From positions 55,455 to 119,454 of the forward strand of contig CAWCLQ010000020.1 of assembly GCA_963796445.1 (NCBI GenBank): a stretch of 64,000 nucleotides of DNA. Direction: 5' to 3'. The first letter of the stretch is position 1. Each line of letters begins with the position of its first letter. Shown here piece by piece: positions 57,601-64,000 of this stretch. Position numbers and translations under genes: made by a program. Under the pieces are notes generated by a model. That model saw only the letters and a program-made list of their open reading frames with translations, made no database searches and had not been told where the DNA came from. This stretch comes from an uncultured Alphaproteobacteria bacterium (GTDB lineage Bacteria; Pseudomonadota; Alphaproteobacteria; Rhodobacterales; Rhodobacteraceae).

Positions 57601-59496
57601 CGCGCGCTGCTGTGGCTGCACGAACAGCAGGTCGTGACACTGGGCAAGGGACTGTCGGTGTTTCGTCCCGCGATCACTTTGCGCCTTGCCCCCAAGGGAG
57701 GCTCGTTCACGCTTCAGCATTTCGCCCCGCTCGAAGAGCACTACACCGAGCAGACGATCCAGACCCATGTGATGGCGGCCTATGCCGAGAAGGGGCTCGA
57801 CAGCATCGACGAGGCCGAGCGACTGGCGGAGGACTATTTCGTGCTGGAGCGGGACGCCTTCATGCGCCGCTGGATTCCCGGCCGCGGCACCGAGTTTCGC
57901 CGGCAGGCAACGGGTAAAGCCTGGCGCCGCATCGTGGATGCGCTCGGCAACAAGACACAGGAGCAGATCGTGCGCGACGACCGCGAGCAGACCAATGTGC
58001 TCGTGCTGGCCGGGCCCGGCTCCGGCAAGACCCGCGTGCTGGTGCACCGCATCGCCTATCTCGTGCGGATCCGGCGCGAAGACCCGCGCGGCATTCTGGT
58101 GCTGGCCTACAACCGCCACGCCGCCGCCGAGATCCGCGAGCGACTGCGACGTCTGATCGGCGAGGAGCGCGCGTTCGTCACCGTCTCGACAATCCATGCC
58201 CTCGCCATGCGTCTGGTCGGGGCCAGCTTTGCAGGGACTGATGTGGCAGAGAAGCCGGATTTCGACACGCTCCTGATGGATGCGGTGCGGCTTCTGCGCG
58301 GCGACGGTCTGGACAAGCCCGAGGCTGAAGGCGTTGCGCGAAGACGCTGATTCAGGGCTACCGCTGGATGCTGGTCGACGAATATCAGGACGTGGGCCCG
58401 GAGGAATATGCTCTGATCTCGGCGGTTGCAGGCCGCAGCCTCGATGATCCGGATCTGCGCATCAGCCTCTTCGCGGTCGGAGACGACGACCAGAACATCT
58501 ATGCCTTTGCCGGCGCCTCGATCCGCCACATCCGTCAGTTCGAGGAGGACTATTCCGCCAAACCAGTCTTTCTGACCGAAAACTACCGCTCCACGGGCAA
58601 CATCATTTCCGCGGCGAATGCCGTGATCGAACACGCCGCAGACCGGATGAAAACCGGGCACGACATCACCGTCAACAAGGCGCGGCGCAACGCGCCCCCG
58701 GGGGCGAGATGAAAGCCTCGATCCGGTGGTACAGGGCCGCGTGCAAATCCTTGCCTGCCCCGCGGGCAACGATGCCCAGGCCATGGCTGCGATCGACGAG
58801 CTGGTGCGACTGTCACAGCTGATCCCGGGGTGGACGTGGTCCGCTGCCGTGATCTCGCGCGACTGGCGGCGCCTCGCCCCGGTACGCGATTTTGCCGAGG
58901 CCTCGGGATACCGGTCGATGGTGCGAGCGACCGGCTGCCGGGGCTGTGGCGGATGCGCGAGATGCAAGCCTTCATCGTGCTGCGACCGGGCCAAACCCGC
59001 ATGGTGTCCGTGGCGGACCTGACGGATGTGCTGAACACAATCCCAAGTCCCGCTGGACCGACCGGATCGGCGAAGGACTGGGCCTGCTCGCCCGCGAGAT
59101 TAACGAACGTCGCTCCCCGCGACCGACATCATCGAATGGTTTGCCGAATGGGCTCGCGACTCCTGGGGCGAACAGCGCGGTTTAAAGCTCTTGACCGCCC
59201 ACCGCGCCAAGGGGCTCGAGTTCGACGACGTGGTCATCCTCGACGGCGGCTGGGAACGCCCCTCGCGAGAAGAGGACCAGGATGCGCCCAGACGGCTGTT
59301 CTACGTCGCCATGACCCGCGCGCGCCGCAGTCTCGCCGTGATGTCGAACGACAATCACGAGTATTTGCCAACAAAATCCCCTGCGATCGTCAGCCGGACT
59401 GTCGTGCCTAATCTTCGTCCTTCCCGGGCCCCAGACGCTATTTCCAGTCTGCGGAGGCCCGTCTGGTGGATGTTGTCCTTCGGCGGCCGGCAATAA
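54670..59496 (+). pseudogene. Giant DEDD-type exonuclease - RecQ helicase - UvrD/PcrA-like helicase fusion gene, broken by at least seven frameshifts
   Basis: Exonuclease: ISIDLEVD, GHNILRHDLPHL, HVNDPEFDA. RecQ: LPTGTGKSICYQIPAL, LDEAHCVSKWGHDFRPDY, VIAATNAFGMGIDKPDIRLVVH, QEAGRAGRD. UvrD: VLAGPGSGKTRVLVHRIAYL, MLVDEYQDV, AVGDDDQNIYAFAGA, TENYRS, LTAHRAKGLEFDDVVIL, LFYVAMTRAR. The successive ORFs occupy frames 1,2,3,1,3,1,3,1. Confidence 0.8.
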
Positions 59497-59535
59497 CCCC
59501 CTGTTCTGTATCCGTCCGGTCTGACTGGTGTTGAC

Positions 59536-61100
59536 TTATTCTGGGGTCCAGTTCCAGGGCATGAGTTCGTCGAGGCGGGTCATTTTGTGGTCTGCGACGC
59601 GGGCGAGGACCCAAGTCAGCCACGCTTCGGGATCGACCTTGTTCATGCGACAGGTTTCAATAAGGGTGTAGGCAATGGCCGCAGTATCGCCGCCGCCCTT
59701 TGATCCCATGAACAGATAATTTTTCCGCCCCAAAGTCACCGGTCTGATTGATCGCTCGCAGATATTGTTGTCCAACTCAAGCGTACCGTTTTCGAGATAT
59801 GCCCGCGCCTTGGGCATGCGGCCGAGGGCGTATCGGATGGCCGCAGCCAGCGCTGATTTACCCGATATCTTGGGGAGTTGCAGCGCGAGCCAGGCCTCTA
59901 GGTCGTCAAAGATCGGCTTTGCCTTTGCCAGCCGCAGGGCCACGCGGTCTTCAGCGGGCTTGTAGCGCGCCTCTTTTTCCACAGCATACAGAGCGGCGAT
60001 GCGCTTGATGGCTTCTTCGGCGATGGAGGAGCCTTCGCTTTCGTAAACATCAACGAACTTTCGACGCACATGCACCATGCAGGCCTGCTCGCTGGCGCGA
60101 TCTGCCCCAAACAAACCGTTGAAGCCGGTGAATCCATCAGCATGGATCACGCCCTTATATCCCTTGAGGTGGGATGAGGGGTGCTCACCTTTACGGTCCA
60201 CGCTGAACTGATACCACGCACAAGACGGGGCTTGTCCGCACCATGGCCGCTCATCTCGAACGTAGCTCCACAACCGGGCGGTTTGCGCCTTGGCTTTGGC
60301 CTGCATCTTGACGGGTGTGTCATCCGCGAACAGCGCAGGCCCGGCGCGCACCAGTTTGCCGATGTGGGCGGCTAAAGGTTCCAACAGGGCCGTGGAACGG
60401 CCTACCCAATCGGTCAGCGTGGAGCGATGCAGGTTGACCTTTTCGCGGGCGTAGATCTCGGACTGGCGATATAATGGCAGGTGATCGCAATACTTCCCGA
60501 CCAGAACATGCGCCAGCAAACCTGGCCCCGGGCGTCCGCGGGTGATCGGGCGTGACGGCAGTTCGGCCTGAACAAAGGCCTCGCAACAGGTGCAGGTCAT
60601 GCGGGGCCGCACGATGCGCTTTACGACAAAATGACCGGGGACGTATTCCAACTCTTGCGTCACATCCTCGCCGAGTTGCTTGAGCGCGCCGCCACACTCA
60701 AAGCAGGCATCACCGGGCGACAGGATCTCTTCTTGTCGCTCAAGGTGGTCAGGTAGCGGTGCGCGATTGTGGGTGCGCTTGGCGTGGGTGGTCTCATCCG
60801 CGTCGTCATTGGATGCCGTCATTTTGGGTGGCGGCTTCAATCTCAATGTCTTCCTGCAGATCGAAACGCCAGCTGATCCATGGCCTCGGATTTGGCTCCA
60901 AAACGCGCCTTGCGATGTCCCGCCAATTCCTTCTTCAGCTTCTCGATCTGATAGGCTTGCGACTTCACCTCAGCGGCCAAAAGCTCGCTGACCGCCCGCA
61001 GTTCGGCGGGGTCTTCAGGCAGGGATTTGAAGGTCTCGCGCATGGGTAATTTATATCCGCTCGGCCCCTCAAACGGAACGGAAAAAGTGCAAAACCCCAT
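59536..61100 (-). pseudogene. tnpC: IS66 transposase TnpC, interrupted by about two frameshifts near 60.81-60.87 kb
   Basis: The N-terminal leucine-zipper part (ORF 60843-61100: ...[22 protein letters not shown]) is separated from the catalytic body (59536-60846: CFECGG...DDTPV...LWSYV...HADGFTGF...). Confidence 0.8.
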
Positions 61101-61111
61101 GTTTTATTGGC

Positions 61112-61459
61112 TTATCCGGCCTGCGTTGGCCGCCATGTTCGTTGTGGCGTGCGCCAGTCAATGCCTTCCAGTAGCATCGACAGTTGCGCCGCCGTCAGGT
61201 GCACTTTGCCATCCTTGGCAGCGGGCCAGACAAACCGACCCTTCTCAAGGCGCTTCATGAACAGGCATGCACCTTGCGTGTCCCACCAGATGATCTTCAA
61301 CAGATCCCCGCGACGGCCACGGAACACGAACAGATGTCCCGAATACGGGTCCTCGGCCAGCTCCCTTTCAGTCTGCGCCGCCAGCGTATTGAACCCGCGC
61401 CGCATATCCGTCACGCCAGCGGCCAGCCAAACCCGCGTATTGCTCGGCACCGGGATCAT
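61112..61459 (-). CDS. tnpB: IS66 Orf2 (TnpB)
   Basis: [29 protein letters not shown]...[24 protein letters not shown] overlap with tnpA. Confidence 0.85.
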   Translation of the reverse strand: MIPVPSNTRVWLAAGVTDMRRGFNTLAAQTERELAEDPYSGHLFVFRGRRGDLLKIIWWDTQGACLFMKRLEKGRFVWPAAKDGKVHLTAAQLSMLLEGIDWRTPQRTWRPTQAG

Positions 61460-61887
61460 GCCGTCAGCCCATGGATCAGGCCCACAACCGAAGACAACGC
61501 CGTCGGGCCTTCCACCAGAATACGCCGTCCATCCGACAGGGTGATGTCCACGCGCTGCGCGCTGACGGCGCAACAAGGGGGATCCTCTGCGTCATGCGCA
61601 GGCGCAGGACCGCCGCTCTCCAGCGGTGGCGCTTCAATCTCGACAGGGAGAAAAATGCTCTCAACCACGGCTTCAGCGGCAGATGCGCCACTCTCCACAG
61701 GGGCAAATCGAGGGTCTTTCAGCCATTTGAAAATCAGGTTCGCGTTCATGGAATAGCGCCGCGCAACCTGTGCAACCGAAACGCCCGGCGTCAGCGTCTG
61801 CGCGCAAATCGTGCGCTTCTCGTCATCCGACCAGACACGCTTCTTCAAACCCTTCTTCCCCGCCATAACCAACCTCAAGATGTCCAC
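61456..61887 (-). CDS. tnpA: IS66 Orf1 (TnpA, HTH)
   Basis: [43 protein letters not shown]. The start may be at 61866. Confidence 0.8.
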   Translation of the reverse strand: MDILRLVMAGKKGLKKRVWSDDEKRTICAQTLTPGVSVAQVARRYSMNANLIFKWLKDPRFAPVESGASAAEAVVESIFLPVEIEAPPLESGGPAPAHDAEDPPCCAVSAQRVDITLSDGRRILVEGPTALSSVVGLIHGLTA

Positions 61888-62002
61888 TATCGATAGTGGA
61901 CACTATCACCCACTCCATCGCGCAGGCAGGGCAGTCACACCGGACGGATACACTTGTACCCGAGGCCTCCAATGATCCATCCCAACATGCCTTTCTATGT
62001 CA

Positions 62003-62874
62003 GCGTAATTGCCGATGCGCCAAGTTTATGGCAGGCCAATTCGCCGTCTCTGTCTCGATCAAACTTCCTATCCAGTTGTTCTTCCGCTTCCGCACAACGG
62101 TTGTCAAAGGTTAGGAGCATTTCATCTGAAAATGGCTCCATCCGAGCGCGCTCGGCGTGCTCGTTCATTTAGTTGGTGAGCCGCTCGACGTGCAGAAAAA
62201 TGGAAGCTCATCATATAGTTAAGCGCGGGTTCTTTGCCCTCTTTTAAAATATCCCTAGCGGATACTGTAAGTTCGTGTAAGGACCGCCATCTTGCCAAGG
62301 CGCCATCAGGATAACCACCCTTCAAAAGACAAATGATTTCCTGAGCCACGATAAGCGCCTTCGGGAATATTTGGGAAATCGCACCCATAACGATGTGTGT
62401 GTCTTGTGGGCTCTCTAAATCGAAATCTATTGAATGTGCTTCACCCAACTCCTGGGCGATTTGCCACATCATTTCAAGATGATCGAAAGCTGGCTTCCAG
62501 CGTTTGAAGGTACGATTTTCAAACCCCTTGGTCTCAATTCGAATTTTATGCAGCGTTTTTGCAGCAGTCGTGCGGTAGCTTCGTAAGCTGCTAGTCACGC
62601 AATCATCAATTGTTTCTTGTATTAGCTTTGGCAAACCCTCTTCTAAGAAGTCGTTCGCAATCTTGAGGATTTCCTCGCCATCTTGATCTGTCAATTCGAT
62701 GACTATCTCTTCCTCTGCGCCGTCATCCCATTCGTACTCGCCATCTTCTTCAGAAAGAATGTGTTCCACGATCGCGCCAATCGTTTTCTTGTCCTCAATT
62801 CCTTTTTCTGCGAGCTTATTTGTTAATGCGGAACGTAAGAAGTTGCGCGGAGATTTTCTCAATCTCCGTCTCAA
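62003..62874 (-). pseudogene. DUF5677-like protein with a frameshift near 62165 (family call by eye)
   Basis: ORF 62122-62874 contains ...AQEIICLLKGGYPDGALARWRSLHELTV.... After ~62165 another frame continues NEHAERARMEPFSDEMLLTFDNRCAEAEEQLDRKF... to a stop at 62003. Low GC. Confidence 0.4.
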
Positions 62875-63357
62875 GTACTCTCATCATCTTGTCCATTGAG
62901 TGGTTCCTAAGTACCTGACCAGCGACTTCTTTATAGCGACCTTTGCAATGGTGTAGCAGAGGTCACTTGGTGCAAGCCAACGTATTCTGAAAGCTTCGCT
63001 TTCTGCGCCTTGGAGACCTTCGTGCTGGCTGCAGCAGACGACAGCTTTGGGCCGTGAGCTGATTCACCTGTATTTGTGCTGCCCTAACATGATGCTGCGA
63101 AGCGGAGCAACCAGCTACGTCGGAGCCCTCTTTACCAATTTTCTGCACCGCAACGAACGTCCGTTAGGCTTTGGGGAGTTACCGACGTGCGGCGGAATGA
63201 GGCCCTAGACACGCCTACCTTTAGCTATGCTGCCCACGGATTGGCGGGACTGGACATTGAGCACCGCGAAGCCGATCTTAGGAATGTAACCGGACCTACC
63301 AACCGAGAATTAGTGGCCCTTTCAGCTTGGCTCAGTAGTTAATCGCAGGAACCTACA

Positions 63358-64000
63358 TTGCTTACAGACATTTTCGCATTTCGATATGCAAACAGTAAAA
63401 TTTGGGACGCATATAGCGCCAAAGAAAGTCGCCTATTGGTTCAGGCATTTTCTGTGGTGAAGGACATGAACCCTTATTAGACTCCAAGGGTAGTGAAAAC
63501 TCAGTTGGGAAGGCATTTTGGAAGAGCTTACACGATAGAATAGCGGTTGAGCTTGGACTTCAAAAACTCTCACAAACGGCATTTAGTTATCAAACGATGT
63601 ATCAGGGGAAGCAATCAAGCTTCACCCATTCGCATACTTGGCTGGCTGTCTGCGAAAACTGGTTGATACAAAGCCCGACTGGAAACGACGATATTGACGC
63701 ATTTATCAAAGAACGACTTAGTCTGATTGAGGTGGCACTGCGCGATAAAGAGTTAGCCGTATCGAAGGCGAATGCTGAGTTGCCCCAGAAGATTTTGGAT
63801 GCAAAATTGAATGCCAAGAGGCGTCCACCCAGCGGAGTTATTAGGATTCCGGGTGACCCGGAAATAGGTCTCCGGGCTTGGAACAAGAAACTAAATGAGG
63901 CCTTTCAGGTTCGCGTCGATGAGTTGAATACTCGGTTTCGCCAAGCCGGTTGCAAACTGCATTATCACAATGGGTTTATTCAAGTTTCAGAAGACGCATT
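63358..64000 (+). pseudogene. Partial orphan gene running off the window, with a frameshift near 63475; not in the ORF track
   Basis: Frame 1 (63358-63480) reads LTDIFAFRYANSKIWDAYSAKESRLLVQAFSVVKDMNPY-stop. An open frame from 63417 to the window end reads ...LLDSKGSENSVGKAFWKSLHDRIAVELGL...DELNTRFRQAGCKLHYHNGFIQVSEDA. Low GC. Confidence 0.35.

Larger units (their letters stand above)
59507..61952 (-). mobile_element. IS66-family insertion sequence (tnpA-tnpB-tnpC) with 21-bp terminal inverted repeats
   Basis: IRs are TGTATCCGTCCGGTCTGACTG (59507-59527) and the reverse complement of 61932-61952 (TGTATCCGTCCGGTGTGACTG), 20/21 identical. Three-ORF IS66 organisation. Confidence 0.85.

Noticed and set aside
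56852-58994. Several long minus-strand ORFs (56852-57499, 56907-57710, 57220-58197, 58107-58994)
   Set aside because: They lie antisense to the helicase motif-bearing segments in a very GC-rich stretch. The products are low-complexity Arg/Ala/Pro-rich, so I treat them as shadow ORFs.
59499-61960. Search for an 8-bp target-site duplication flanking the IS66 element
   Set aside because: The flanking octamers (CCCTGTTC and CTTGTACC) do not match, so no TSD is reported.
1-64000. CRISPR arrays, tRNA and rRNA genes
   Set aside because: I found no regularly spaced direct repeats with unique spacers and no T-loop/cloverleaf or rRNA signatures in the intergenic regions I read. This was checked by eye only, so small RNAs could have been missed.

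Overview
This 64-kb window has the character of a marine alphaproteobacterial (Rhodobacteraceae-like) replicon. That call is inferred only from protein signatures, codon usage and GC content; no search was possible. The left two-thirds (1-42 kb) is mostly intact housekeeping and stress-response DNA: (a) a LVIVD-repeat/OsmC/2Fe-2S/molybdopterin oxidoreductase operon and an orphan ParA. (b) An eight-gene, translationally coupled minus-strand operon (13441->4604). It links a Hanks Ser/Thr kinase, an FHA protein and a PP2C phosphatase to three dynamin-type GTPases, a roadblock-like protein and an orphan protein. This is my top candidate for an undescribed system. (c) A decayed CheB-CheR-PAS-histidine kinase-REC megagene. 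(d) A run of operons preceded by FNR/FixK-type boxes (TTGAT-N4-ATCAA-like): Lon-like protease/unknown/NOX-like flavocytochrome, two tandem-Usp genes, a Crp/Fnr regulator, host-attachment protein, DUF2267, S2P-CBS protease, P-type ATPase and phasin. The right third (40-64 kb) is a mosaic accessory region. It holds Wzi remnants, the gmd-fcl-GT2 and UDP-xylose synthase sugar genes, and two cspA paralogs with conserved leaders. It also holds a duplicated 33-codon ORF missed by the ORF track, and a duplicated two-gene module of unknown function with a conserved AT-rich tail. It ends with a GC-rich, heavily frameshifted exonuclease-RecQ-UvrD helicase (about 4.8 kb), an IS66 element with 21-bp inverted repeats, and a low-GC DUF5677-like gene plus a partial orphan gene. 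I found no rRNA, tRNA or CRISPR array. Frameshifts are concentrated in particular genes, which suggests real decay, but this needs read-level confirmation.
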